64,000 nucleotides of DNA from Bugula neritina. Lineage: Eukaryota; Animalia; Bryozoa. This document shows, one piece after another, positions 1 to 14,037 of this stretch; position 1 is the stretch's first letter, and each line of letters starts with the position of its first letter. The position numbers and the translations under genes were made by a program. Location: the NCBI GenBank assembly GCA_964035545.1, contig OZ037766.1, forward strand, positions 25,904,339 through 25,968,338. Direction: 5' to 3'. A model generated the notes under the pieces. The model did no database searches, was not told where the DNA came from, and was given only the letters and a program-made list of their open reading frames with translations.

Positions 1-3000
1 GTGACTCTTCATTTCCTTTCTCCGCTGCTATTCGCTGACTAATGGTCAGCTGAGTTCGCTCCTCCGCAAGCAGACGTCTTTCATCGGCCAATTGAACCAT
101 GGCAGATCTCTGTTCTGCGAGGAAGGAATCCTGTATGTGGTAAATACAACATTCTGGAGCCCATAAAAACAGAAATCTACATCTTTTATAGCTAAGTGCA
201 AATATATACCACACAGAAAAAACCTTGAATATATATAAGCAATAGGTAAACTTACATATACTAGTAGCATACATTTTGCAATAGCATATAATATATCTAT
301 TTTATAAAAGCCTGCAGTAATGCAATTAGCAAATTGTTTTTAAACAGAATCATCTCACAATTTTTCATAATATGTTTTTACACCATACACTAGCAGTTGA
401 ATGTATTAGCATACATCTACTGTATTTACTACTGCATAATAGATGTTCAGTTTGTGTTCTTATAAACTAGCATGTATTTACATATGTTGACATAGCACAT
501 TAGCATAATATATTTCTATACACCAGTGTGCACTTATATACACTACAATACCAAGCTACCAAGCTCTGCCCCCTTATGTAGACTGCAATACCTTAGCTCT
601 ACCAAGCTCCGCCCTCTCCCTAGTCAGCTGATCTGTGAGTAAAGTTCTCTCTTGTTCTACAGACATCTGTAAAGCTGAGAGTTTGCTCTTCTCCTGTGAG
701 ACACTCCACTTTTCCTGTAGAGAAAAAACTGATGCAATTAACAGCTCTGCATGAAAACATTCAGTTGATTGATTGTTAAAAAATAAGACAATTCCAACTA
801 CTTTGAGAAATTTTGCTGAAACAGTAACAAAAAGTTTATCCTGTTTCTTTCACACAATGGCACTGACTCACTTGATGCAGCTGCCGTTCTTGCTCTCGAA
901 TTTGTATCTCCATTTTGGCCAACAGCTCCTGTAACCTTGACCTTTCTTTGTCGTTCTCTTCTTGCTGTTTCAACAGACACTCTTGTAGAACTGTTGAGTA
1001 GTAATGAGTATCACCATGGGGGAGACAACTTGTAAATTTAGCAATTGTTGCACATAGTGATGTTTTACAAATTCATTATACAATTTTCAAATGACATCTA
1101 ATAGTGATTAAGCAAGTCATATTTTATTACTAAAAAGTGAGCTTCCGCATCAATATGATTTCAATGAGTTCCAGTAAAACTATAAAAGAGTGAAATTAAC
1201 TGAAACTGGGTACGTTTTTCAGTGAAAGTATAAACATACCTTTACAGTTCAAGTATTATAATGAGTAATCAAAGGAATTGAAATGCTTTTACATTCTTTA
1301 GAATGCTTATACCTTTCAATTGCTGGTCTCGAGTGTTCATAGCCAATTCTCGCTCATCTAAAGTAAGTTTATGAGATTTATCAATGCTGAACTGCATTGC
1401 TGTGAGCCCGGCTGCATTCTGCTTCATCTGCTCCATAAGGAACTGCAAGGACTGGGGGTTGTTGGCCGTGGTGAGTAGCCCTTCTAACTCGTGCTCCTTT
1501 GTCTTGCGCAATCTTATCAGGTAAGCATAATAACATTACACAACTGTATAGTCTAGACAATTCTTTTCAACATTACATAAATTTTTTTGAACACTTGAGT
1601 AATGTGACCTGCACACAAATCAAAGTGAAGCGAAACCCCGAAAAGCTAATGTGGAAGTTGGAAGAAGCTACAGATAGTAAAATTACAGGGTAAAGAACTG
1701 TGGGAATGAGTGTATGAAATCAGACTGGCTTTTGTCAAATAATAATCTATGAGAGTATTCACTGCTGATCTGTTTTCTTAGCATTAGACCGAAGAGAAAT
1801 GCCCAATACAACTCGTAAAGCAAATTCCTGCAGCACTCTACAACATCAATCACCGAAATACACAAAACCCTTACACTATCTAATAACCAAGAACCAGTCC
1901 ATAATTTATTATTCTTTTCAGCAAAACACAAGCAAATTTTGCTTGATTAACTTTTGCTCAAAATCTATTTTTCATCATCACTACCAAATATGATGGTATA
2001 CTAGTAATACTCACACTTCTATAGCAGTGAAATGATCCTGCTTCATTCTTTCTATTTCCTGGTGATGTTGCTCCCTCATTCGACTTATTTCTGCAGATTT
2101 ACTCTTCTCTACTTCGTCTATCCTGCGATAGTTCGACGCAATGAGAGATGACTTTTCATCTTCTAGATTTCTCAACTTGCTAAGATTGTCTGCAGATATT
2201 TGTTCAATTTCTTCTCTCAACCTGAATTTGAAAGTAGAAAACATAAAAAATCCCATACTGACTTTTTCTCATCAACCACTATAAATTAAAAAAGGCTTCC
2301 ATAATGACCCACAGCCTGTCATTATTCTAAAGAAATGCACATTTACTAGCCCATCATCTCACGAAACTAAACAAACTGAAAGAATTAGTTTTAAACAAGA
2401 CCATTTTATTTTTAGTTAAACTGCAACATAATGATAAAAATGGATAGGATAGGTAATAGTGAAGACGTGGTAAACACAAAGACATGGCAGTCACTGTTTA
2501 AATAAAGCCACAGGAATCTGAATACAAACTGTGTCTGACCTGAACTCCCGTCTTTGGTACGACTCTTCTACTAACAGTACTTTGGCTTTATTACTCGTCT
2601 CTAGAGAAATTATCTCCTCCTGGTGTCTCCTTTTCATTGTATCTATCAGGGACTCCAAATGGTTCTTTTCATGCTCAAGGCGCTTTACCTGAAATAATCA
2701 ATTTATACTGTGTGCATATACAATTAGTGTGGTGAGATAAGAAAAAAAATATGATCTAAAGGTAGGCTATATAGGCCATAAGACCAAGTAGTATTAAATG
2801 TATAAAACCAGTAGCTAGGCTTTGTAGACCATGTGACTAAAATACAATCTCTGCAGAAGTTGTACAATACTAGGCACATGGATACTAACAATAAACGGCG
2901 TGTGGTCTAGCAATAGCTGAGATAGACAGAATATACAGCGACAAACCTGACTTTCCAGTTCTACATTATTCAGCTGCACCTCGCTCTGCTTGGTTGGAGA

Positions 3001-6000
3001 GAGTCCCGAAGGAAACAGTGCAGACGGCCCGAGTCCAGATATAGACGACTGCAAAAACAGAAGGTAGCTGCATTCAGATAGAAAGCACTACTTATTGTAG
3101 TAACTATAACACTATATAAACTTATATTACATTTTTGTCCAACGTACTATAATATTTTTCAAAAACTTACCTCTATACAATGCTATACACTAAAAGAATC
3201 TCTGACATACTCCATTTATGCAGTATTACAACATTCATATATATCTTAGCTATTATCTACAGACTGTTTGAGGGTTGTATGACCTGACATAGTCATCTGC
3301 AGACGAGAAATCCTAAATTACTTCACGATATATGTGCACAAAAATTATTATAAAACAGAGTTGTTTGAGCATACAACCCTGCAACAGTCTGTAAATGATA
3401 GTTAAGATATATATAAATATTTTAATACTGCATAAATAAAGTTTGGAAGAAATTAATCTTTAACAGTTAGTTAACTGTATAAGATTCTATGCAGATTGAC
3501 GCTGAAACCAAAACAAATAAAAAGCTAGAGTTATTTAATAGCTATATATATATTTCACTACATATTATTGAATAGCCAACACCCATTGCTACTAAACATT
3601 TATCAGGTAGCTTTGCTAAATTTAGGTGATGCCCACAAGCAGTGGATCACATATCAGATATTTATAGGGACTGGCTGGCAAACCTGCAGTTGCTGCTGCT
3701 GCAGTTTAAACGCCTCTTCAGCCAACTTCATCTGTTGTTGAAGAGCCGACTGCTGCTGCTGCCGTCTGGCCTCCATCATCTGGTTGAACTGCGACTGCAT
3801 CTGTTCAAGTTGTACTTGGTGCTGCTTGACTAGTGACTCCTTTAAATACAAGATGGCAGCTAAACATAGAGCAGGATTTTATTTGCTAACATAGCTTGTT
3901 GTTCTTTGTCTAAACTTCAGGCTAGATTTGAAAACTATTTTTAGTTGCTGTTGGTCGATATTATTAATTAAAAAATTGACAAAAATATTAGACACAACAA
4001 TGCATTTTTAAAAATAGCACTTATGAACAAACATCTAATGGTAAGATGAAATGGTTGTATTCTGCTATCTAAACCTAAGGTAACTGTTCTTCTGCATATA
4101 AAAAAATGGAGTCGCTAGTAACCTGTTCTCTGTTCCAGGAGGCAGAATCTAAATTGACAGTAGGCGGAGGAGGGACAGGGAGAGATGTGAACATTGGCTG
4201 GAAGACAGGCTGACTAGATGTTGGAACGGAATGTGCAGCAGACGTTTGGGAAGGAATAGCCTGTGGCCCAGTAACGCTTAGGTTAGCTTTGGGCGGTGTT
4301 GAGCCACTCCCTTTCTCCCATGGAAATGACGTAACTTCTTGAGTTGCAGGCTTTTCAGCGGTTAGGCTAGAAGTAGTATTAAATTTCTCACCAAAAGCCA
4401 CAGAAATAAACTTCTAAATAGAATTGAGACCATATAAATTTGTACAGCATTAAATAATTTGAAGATTGTTTAAATGGTGAACCTAAAAGTCCCGCTGGCC
4501 CGGGAAGCCCCAGGATCAAGCAGAGAGTTGTCAGTTGACTGCTGCCGTTTCAGCTTGGCAGCTTTAATCCAATCCTCTGCCTCGTCATCTTTAGTTGGTG
4601 TACTACTTCCTAGACCCAGCCAATCAGAATCATCTATCACTACAAATATAAACAAATTACTATATTTGAAATAAAACACATAATAAGAATAATACAAAAA
4701 CTACATTACATAAAAATATAGAAAATATATTTAAAAAAGTGTTTATGAATAACTATGACAAAATATAAAAAGTAAAAGTATAAAATTAGAAGAAAAATCA
4801 GTATGATTCAACTCAGCAGTGGCTAGACACCGAATTATTAGCATTAGGAATAGTTGGTGGCAGGGAAATGAAAACCTAGGTCTAGAGATGCTTCAACAAG
4901 TATACAATGCTACTCAATAGTTGCTTTCTTCAGCCGATAACAAATCAGTCATTGCAAACGACCTTGACATTGAAGATAGAAATGTAATTACCTGGGGATG
5001 GTTTTACAGCAGATTTAGAGGCAGGGCGGCTGCTAGCTGGTGTTTGACTCAGAGGTTTAGCTGGTGGCTCTATTGGTGTTTCTGCCCCTAACCCTAGCCA
5101 ATCATCGCCACTGCTTTGCTTGACTAATGATGGCCTCCTACTGGTATTTCCCGTACTCTCAACACTCGATTGTCGGGAAGTTGTCTTGTCCGTACTGAGA
5201 ATATGTGAAAGTGTAAGTCAAATGTTAATCATCAGGCAAATTAAAACTATATATGATATTATTCAAATAGCATGAAGCTCTATAAGTAAAAATAAACAAG
5301 TAAAAGTGTAAACAGAACTCATGATCTCGTAAATATAATCAGAGAAAATAGTCTTAAAAATTAACATATCTGTATGTACTACAACATATAACTTTAAGCT
5401 TCAATATAGAAAGAAAATCTCAATGATAATATTTTATTATCTTCTAAATCAATAGAAATACAATAAAACATTATACCATATGATAGTATTTGATTTTTAT
5501 AGAGTTTACTATGATAAAGCATTGTGTGTTACAATTCAATATAGCATACCTCAAACGCCTGCCAGGCTTATGTCTCGAGGTAAAATCAGTATCTTCCTCA
5601 ACTTTAGCACTCAGCTCTGCTAGCCAATCATCTCCTCCGCCAATCTTGGATCCACCAATCACGGGCTTTCTTTCTGGACTACGAGGTGGTTTCTTTTCTG
5701 TAGCCACAGGCGCAGTTTTTGGCCGACTTGAGATAGAAAAGATGATTATGAAAAATATGGTGCAACATAAGACTGGGACTATCTTGCTACAACACTGTAA
5801 TATTCTACTATTCTAAAACTTGTGGCATAAAAAAGCAAAAATAAATAACACGGTACAGTGCATGTATTGCAGGGAGATCCTGGAGCTGAGCAATGAGTAA
5901 GTTATTACTGTTCCTGCAAAAAAAGTAGTCGTACTGGCAATATAATAATCACACATATTCACATTCACAGTATAGGATGAATATTTCTATATTTGCCTCC

Positions 6001-9000
6001 TTTATTTTTACTCTGAAATGAGAGAATAACTTCATGTGTATTATATATTCATTCATGTCTATTACAAAACTTATAAAATGATTATCACAGCTCCAGATAA
6101 AATAAATTTCACAAAGCTTCTAAAACACATTTTCTATTTCTTTTGTTATAAATATAAATTACACGTGTACAAAGTAAGATTATGCCAGTTCTGTACAACA
6201 AAGGCTACTAATAGCTACTTTGTTGAAGTTATCTTCTCCAAAAATAATGCTTTACAAGAAGACTCAACACATGGGAAACTCACACTCTACATACAACAGT
6301 CTAACCTAGAGCTGCCTGTTGCCATATCCAACCAATCATCGCTGCTGCTCTGTGAACGAGTGCCGGAGAAGTCTACAGTTGATGAGAGACCAAGGGGCCT
6401 CTTCTTCTCCTTACTGCTGCCGACGCCCAGTCCGAGCCAGTCATCGTCAGCTGTTGTAAACGCTGCGTCAGCAGTAGCTGGTCGTTTCTGTGTGGGTTCT
6501 TCATCTTCAAATCTAATTCAAAATACTGATACAGCTGCAATACGTATGCTACTGCATCCGTGAGAATGTCAGAAAACAGTGTCTTGGGAGAAATTATGTA
6601 TGAAAGTCGAGTAAAACTTGACTTGCACTTACATAGCTTGAAGGATTTATGAATATTTGCAGGAAAAAGCACAACTTTGATAAACTTCAAACATAATAAA
6701 AGAATAGACTTTAGAGATAATTTTTTTGATTGAACTCTTCCTTTTCATCACTGGTTATACATAATTACTGGCACATTCATTTTTTACACAAATTATTGTC
6801 GCAATAATACATACTAAATATGTTCAATATTCACAGTAAGTAACGCTATAACCAAGATATCTCAGTAACACCTGCTAATTTAACACATTTTTGCATGTCA
6901 TAAACTCAATATGAAAATTGTAACCAAGAAAACATCACAAAACTCCAACAGAATTATCTAAAACAGACAGCTTTTGTTTTCTAGTCTTCGTTGAAATTGA
7001 TTAGTTGAACCAGGCAGCTAGCTGAATGCTACAGTCAGGTTAATGAAACAAGCAAATTTAGTAGATCACCTAACACTCCTGCCAGTGCCAGGCCTGGAAG
7101 ACATTACACTGGGAGCATAACTCCCAAATATGTCCTCGTCCTCATCGCTAATCTTCTTGCTGCTTTTGTTTGACTCTACAAGTTGAATTTAGTCAGTTGA
7201 CAAACTTCTCATATGATAGCAATTAAAACTTATAGCTAAAACCTTTTAGTTGATACAAAAGCCACAAGAAATTAGACTTTTAAGAATATTTTTAATTGTC
7301 TCTCAAGGATTGTGCAAGTAAATTTTATGTGAACGAAGGCAGTGCAAATTGTGGGCACAACTCCAATTAGGTTTTTAACAAAAGCTGATAGCTATTCCGT
7401 CAAAACAAATTTAAAACTGTGAACGGTGCTACATACTTTTACATACCAGCTATGCTTGCTTTGACAGAAATATTGAACTCTCTCTGGCTGTCACCAGTGC
7501 CCGGTCGTTGTAGGTGCTTCTCTACAGAACTAGATTTGCCAAACAAGGAGTCTTTCAAACCACCATCACTTTTCTCCGCAGCCTTGACCTTGGCTGGGGG
7601 CGTGTCATCTAGACCGAGATCCAGGTCTCCTTCATCATCACTAAATGTTATCGTTTCCTATTCAGAGAACAACATGCTATATCTAAAAGACTGCTACATA
7701 ATTTTACTAGACAAGTATGGCCTATTTTTAGTGTGCAGGAATAATTAAATACAATTTTTTGCTAGTATTCAATGAAATTAAATTAAAAAAAATAGTAAAA
7801 AAATCAAAGATATTGAAAAGGGCAAAGAGACAACTTTAAAATAATGCATATTGGTAAGCTATGTTATAACAGCTTCATGTAGGTCACAATGTACTGCAAC
7901 AAAGTGAACATTAGTTAGCACCTTTTTCTTGGGTTTAGCCTGAGACTGCGATGGTTGGGCTTGCGGGGCGGGTTGTGCTGGCTTCTCACTTTCTTTCTTA
8001 CTAGTGGATGATGTTGAAGAGGCATCCCAGTCACTGCCGTCGTCTGCTGCATCTGACTGTTTATTTAACTTCCCTCTTGTCTTGATGGGGAGCTGATCTA
8101 CATACACATGCCATACATTACATTACATCTTCTGTATACACTATATACACTATTAGTATACACTATATACACTATTAGTATACAGTATATACACTATTAG
8201 TATACACTATATACACTATTAGTATACACTATATACACTATTAGTATACAGTATATACACTATTAGTATACACTATATACACTATTAGTATACACTATAT
8301 ACACTATTAGTATACACTATATACACTATTAGTATACACTATTACTATACACTATATACACTATATACACTATTAGTATACACTATATACACTATTAGTA
8401 TACACTATATACACTATTAGTATACACTATATACACTATTAGTATACACTATATACACTATTACTATACAGTATATACGCTACTACTTACACTATATACA
8501 CTATTACTATACAGTATATACACTACTACTTACACTATATACACTATTACTATACACTATATACACTATTACTATACACTATATACACTATTACTATACA
8601 CTATATACACTATTACTATACAGTATATACACTATTACTATACACTATATACACTATTATTATACGCTATATACACTGCTACTACACACTATATACATTA
8701 TACACTAGGATAAACTATACCATGCTGTACATAAATGCAAAGCAATGCTTGATCTATATTGCAGCTTCCTACAAAATACCTACCTGCAAACACACTATTT
8801 TTATCACTTCAATTGATTCAAATGCAAAAAAGAATTATCACACAGTAACAACTTTTATAACTTTTATATGAAATCTCGAAAAGTAATTTTGAACTGTAGC
8901 AAGCTTTACGGTTATTTGTAAATATTTTAAATGTAGAATTTTTTAATATTTACTCAATTTAAGTAGTACCACCTAAAATCTTTTTAGTCCACCAGCTGCT

Positions 9001-12000
9001 TTGCCAACATTATTCTGGTAATCCAAAATACTTAAGATATATTTTAGAAAATATTAGTTAGAAATAATAGAGTACAACCTATTTAAATGATAAAATACAA
9101 TGTCTATAACGTACTTTGAGCTGAATCGTCGGGTCTATTCCCACTCCTGGTTACAGGACGAGCTACAATATACAGTAGCATTGACAAACTCAACAGTACG
9201 TCCCAATACCTTCTATAGCTATATTACAATTAAAGTAGTATTATAGCTCAGTAGAGTGAATTATATTATTCAGAGCTATGTGTTTCTTATTAATTACGGT
9301 AACACAGTTCAGTCTAGTTGGTAGCTATTAGTGTTGATACAGTTTTTTTTAAAAAAAGGGATAGTGTAGTAAAATGAATGATCTTTTACCTTAAAAAGAT
9401 AAATCTAAAAACAAATGTAAACCATTTGATAAAATTACTTCAAGTACTTTTTACAGCGTCTTGTAATGATAGAGCGTATTGCAGTTTCACATGATTGGAA
9501 TTATAACATAGTACCTTATATTCAGTAAATTGTTTGACCTATTCAAATTTATAAAATGAGTATTTACCTAGTAAAGAACACAAAATTCTGTGGAAAGAAT
9601 AAAATTCGGTGCAAAGATTAACTGGGTTTTACAACTTATTCGGCTTATTGAAACTCACTGAGGCAGAACTGATTGCGAAATCAATAAAAAAATAAAAAGT
9701 AGCTTATAACAAGCAGATGAGTTAGATAGTGACTACCATGTCAACCCGTTAAGAAGAGTGAAAGTATAAAGCTGCCATTACATTAATGAAATTTAAAAGA
9801 AAGTAAGAAAAATATATTCCAATTAATAAATAAGAGTGTACAGGGTGCTGCTAGTTGAGGTGAAACAAGATTAGATGTATAATAACGCAAATATAAGCAA
9901 ATATTGAAACGGAGAGAACACAACTCTGGTACAACATCAAGTCTTACAAATAGTTTCATTGTCTGGGGAGAGAGTAACATTAGATTCTGACATCGTAGGT
10001 AACTCTGAAATCATTTCACCAAACAAATCACGATAGCAAAACTATTTAGTATCAACTACAATATTCTCCTTTACTTAATACAAACATTGTAGAAATAAGC
10101 ATTTAAAACAGGAGTGTCCAACCTTTCCAAGGCAAAGGCCACTGAAATGAAATATTCCATGGCGAGAGCTACATTGTAAATTTAACTTGGGTTGGGGGCC
10201 ACAGCGTTTGTAATTTTCAAATAACTTTATTCCAAATTCCTATGAATCATTACACAGTGAAGCTCCAACCACTACTGCGGGTTGCATGTTTTGTAGCATG
10301 TAGATAAATAAAAAATTCCAACAGTGGGTTTTTACTCTTATTCATGTATGTGCAAAATAATTTCATTTGTTATGCCTTTGAGGGCCACATAAATGTGGGC
10401 TGAGGGCCACATTGGCCCCTGGGGCTGCCTGTTGGGAGCCCTTATTTAAAAAATACTTCCATAGCTAATGCAATCAATTCTTGAAGTTTCATATTCAAGA
10501 AAGAAAACAAATTTGAGACTAGTAAGAAGGAATGAGTATTAATGTCTGACCTTTGCTTAGAGCAGATTTTGCTGGAGAAGGTTTCTTCTTTAGGCCAAAA
10601 TCATCGTCATCACTCAGGTCCAAATCGCCCAGTGGGTCATCAGGGTCAAACTCTACAAAATCACAATTTTATAAGCTAATGTGTCATAAGTCATTGTGTC
10701 AGAAGTCATTGTGTCAAAGTTTAGTATATCAAAGGTTAAAGTGTCAAAGTTTAGTATATCAAATGTTAACGTGACAAAGTTTAGTATATCAATGGTTAAT
10801 GTGTCAAAGTTTAGTATATCAAATGTTAACGTGACAAAGTTTAGTATATCAATAGTTAATGTGTCAAAGTTTAGTGTGCCATAAGTCATTGTGTCATAGG
10901 TTAGTGAGTCAAAGGATAACGTGTCAAAGGTCAGTGTGTCCCCATCAAACTAATAACATAAACTACTAGGTTGGCCACTTTTAAAGTCCAAAATATGGCT
11001 CTTCTTGCTGAAGTTGTGATAATAAAACAGTTCTTACCTCCAAACTCTACTTTTTTAGCAGGGTTCCGAGACTGGCCAGTTGTTGCAGGGCGTTTCTTTG
11101 CCTCTCCAAACAAATCAGATGAGACTGAAGATTTTTTCGTGTCATCAGTAGTTTTTGGTCTACCTACAAGAAGTATCAAGTTTATAGAATGTGTCTGTAT
11201 GCAGTAAGTAGACAAGACCTTATATGAAATAACTCCTTTCTTTTAACTTTCTTTTTAACCCTGAAAAATCTCCATAATTGCGTATTTTAACTAACTTGGG
11301 ATTTTGTGTAAAGTATGATATAGTATGAATATAGAAAAAATCCCTTAAATCAATTCCTAAGTTATTCTTACATAATCTTACATAATCATATGGTACTTTA
11401 TATGGTCATCTAATAGCAAGTAATTTATTCTTCTAATGCACATTTCTCTACGTTGAGTAAACTCAGTAAATTTAAAGTTTTTTTAACAAAATGAAAAAGT
11501 TCTAGGCAGCAAGACATTTCAATTAAATGTTTTTTAGTAAATAAGCAGAAGACATCCCGGAAAGTAAAGTGTCAAGGTCATCATCATCACCACCCATGAT
11601 GTCATCAATATTGAATGAACTTTTTTTAACTTCCTTGCTTGCGCTACCAGAAGTAGCTGGTGTCTTCTTTAATGCTGGTTGCTTTGCAACAGGCTTCTTC
11701 TTTGAATTCAGAGACCCAAATATGTCATTATCCAAATCATCCAACCCCTGGTCAGTATAAAACCAAAGTCAAACTAAACTTAACCTACAATTTGATCGTA
11801 CAAGCAGCCTACAATATGCATCAACATGTGAGATTTATTCTAAATACTAAAGTACATTTGATCGAAGCAAATACTCTTCAATATAAATATTGTTAAAGCA
11901 AAGCTATTAAAACTTGCCACAAGATGATCATGTGGCCAACTATTCACTAATATTTCAATGAACTGTTCTGTCTACAGGTGTGCTAAGTTCACAATATGTA

Positions 12001-12597
12001 ATTGAACAACTGATAAAAGCTCTAGTAAAACTTTTCTTGGTACAAAACATAAAATATTAGGCTTTTATTCAATTAATTTCCTTGAATTTTAATGGTTTTA
12101 ATAGTTATCACTTTTGTACATTAAATAATTTTACACAACATAAAAATTTGCAAAAAATGCTATCAACATAAATATTCGATCAACAGCAAATTAAATGATG
12201 ATATTGACATGAACGCTGCAATCTTGTCTACTCACACCGAGTGACTTTGCTAGAATCGTAGGGTCAGCATCGGAATCAGACCCATCACTGACTCCGGCAG
12301 CTAACGAGCTATAAAAATTCTCATCCGCCCTAAAAAATAGAGTTTTATTTCATCAAATTTTTGCAACCATCTTTATCCTATGAACAAGAAAACCACATAA
12401 AAAATATGCAGCAGTATCTACTTGGCTAAAAGTTATAATCAAAAAGCTGTTTCATAACAAATTTGCAACTATAAAATAGTTAACTTGAAGTTATTGCAAC
12501 TTGAACTATGTTGCCATACTGTAAAACCCGTTTCAGAAAGTTGCATAAATTCATCTTGTACAGTTACATAATTTAGAAATTAGAAAAATACTTACAT
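1..12597 (-). CDS. FBF1: Fas-binding factor 1 homolog (centriole distal appendage / ciliary transition-fibre protein), 3'-truncated by window edge
   Basis: Phase-consistent minus-strand exons: 12597-12596 (AT), 12329-12236, 11747-11558 (donor uncertain), 11163-11038, 10652-10551, 9162-9115, 8097-7922, 7657-7447, 7175-7070, 6512-6306, 5726-5550, 5194-4992, 4639-4483, 4366-4123, 3839-3684, 3048-2947, 2688-2540, 2221-2015, 1512-1313, 990-872, 714-592, 130-1. Disordered acidic N-half with DDWLGLG repeats and FGSYAPSV, then coiled coil VKRLEHEKNHLESLIDTMKRRHQEE...EESYQRREFRLREE...LQELLAKMEIQIREQERQLHQEKWSVSQEKSK...RERAELGRAK, which matches recalled human FBF1 (VRKLELER...ETSYQQREERLRRE...ERWRVTAEQSK...ERAELERAK). 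5'UTR exons end at 13549 and span 12640-12598. Confidence 0.88.
3191..3462. mobile_element. Foldback MITE, possibly Kolobok-like
   Basis: About 70-90 bp imperfect inverted arms (atttatgcagtatta...cagactgtttgagggttgtatg / catacaaccctgcaacagtctg...taatactgcataaat); right end CTTTAA. Lies in an FBF1 intron. Confidence 0.6.
8135..8703. repeat. 22-bp minisatellite (tatacactatatacactattag)n
   Basis: About 25 near-identical units in an FBF1 intron. Confidence 0.95.
10109..10443. mobile_element. hAT (Charlie-like) non-autonomous element
   Basis: 8-bp direct repeat ATTTAAAA on both sides (10101-10108, 10444-10451); ends CAGGAGTGTCCAAC...GTTGGGAGCCCTT; subterminal GGCCAC motifs. Confidence 0.75.
10679..10938. 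repeat. 15/30-bp minisatellite (gtgtcaaagtttagtatatcaaaggttaaa)
   Basis: Tandem units directly visible; they generate the spurious ORFs on both strands. Confidence 0.9.
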
Positions 12598-13549
12598 TGC
12601 TCTTTATATTTATGACTTATAGCTCAACTCCATTTGTTATCTGCAAAACAGTTCCATTTGTTACAGTACACCTTTACAAAAACAGATTGTAGGTTACAAA
12701 AGCAAAATATATGCTGAATTAAAAGCAAACATCTTCAAAATCTTGCGACAAAAGTGAAATTAGCATCATGTATATACTCATAGAAATATTGATCAACTTT
12801 AAGCAACTGGTCATTATTGAAAACGACAGTGAACTAAATCTAATAGTTATGTTATAAATATTGTTGTAAGTGTAATCATGATGCTGCATTGTTTCAGAGA
12901 AACATCAATTCTATCACCAAACATAATATTTATCAATACCATAATCTTTATCTCTAATTATTTTAAAAACACCATTATGATTTATTAATTTAAATTATCA
13001 TATTTATTATTATTATGGCTATCGCTGTGGCCTATGAGTATCAGTATGAGATATAAATTAGTTATTAAGTATAAGCTATAATCATCAGGCTCTGAATCGC
13101 AACAAATATGAAAATCAATGAGTGTCAGTGTCATTATAAGAATAAGAGTATGAATGACTGACTATTCCTACGACTAACGAAGACCATCAATATCAGCATA
13201 AAAGTGCATGTTATTGTTAATGTTATACTTATTGTTTCAAGTTCAGTTTTGAATTTAATTATAGTCACAGGTATTAAATTGAACTAATTTTTGAATAAGC
13301 AATAGGCACTCCAACACTGTTGTTGCTGGTAATACTCATATCCATATTCATATTGGTAATCACTGTCATATAATCACAACAGTCACTATTGTGTGATAAT
13401 CATAATCATAATGATAATGTCAATGTGATACTGATAGTTCAGTGACACACTCTCACTCTCACTCTGACTCTGACTCGCACTCACAGTGATGCCGATGGTG
13501 ATAATTCATACTCATTCATGATTCAATTGATTTAGATATTACACTTACC

Positions 13550-14037
13550 GATTATGATTTGGGTTAAGTTTTTCGAAAACACCTGTATACTATGTGTATG
13601 AATATAATCTCAAAAATATTCAATTTAAATAAACAAGCACAAGCTAGTCTTTAGGGAGAGAATGAGCGTCACCAGGGAGACGCAAGCCATCTTGGCTTTT
13701 AATCGCTTCAACTTCTACTTTAGACTTAGTTTTGAAATACCCGGGTTAAATTACCTCGCGTTTACATAATATTTTCATATTGTTGGGCTCTTCGACTGGT
13801 ACACTGTTTATACGCATGGTAAAACGAGGGTATTTCGCTAGAGAGACAACTCTATAAAGAAAGGAGTTTATCGTTACTAAGGACACGCAGTTATTCTCTC
13901 TTATGAACTTCCTCCGCGTTCTTGCACGTTAGTTTTATCGATGACCTCCCCTATTAGCCGATTATCCGCTAGTTATCACATCTAACTCTTCAGTTCTTCA
14001 TTGGGTAATCTGAGTGGGCGTGTTAGTGCCATGCATC
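13550..14037. promoter_or_regulatory. Bidirectional promoter FBF1 / NHE with RFX X-boxes and a YY1-like motif
   Basis: Locally CpG-rich interval of under 500 bp between the FBF1 first donor (13548) and the NHE ATG (14038). X-box-like GTCACCAGGGAGAC at 13668-13681 and GTTACTAAGGACAC at 13873-13886; GCCATCTTG (YY1-like) at 13686-13694. Confidence 0.7.

Noticed and set aside
6036-6563. Longest ORF in the track (175 aa, + strand) and similar antisense ORFs at 4474, 5490, 7419, 10971, 11569
   Set aside because: Antisense shadows of FBF1 exons plus intron sequence.
10653-10889. Repetitive ORFs on both strands (TLTFDILNFD...)
   Set aside because: Product of a 15/30-bp intronic minisatellite with unit length divisible by 3.
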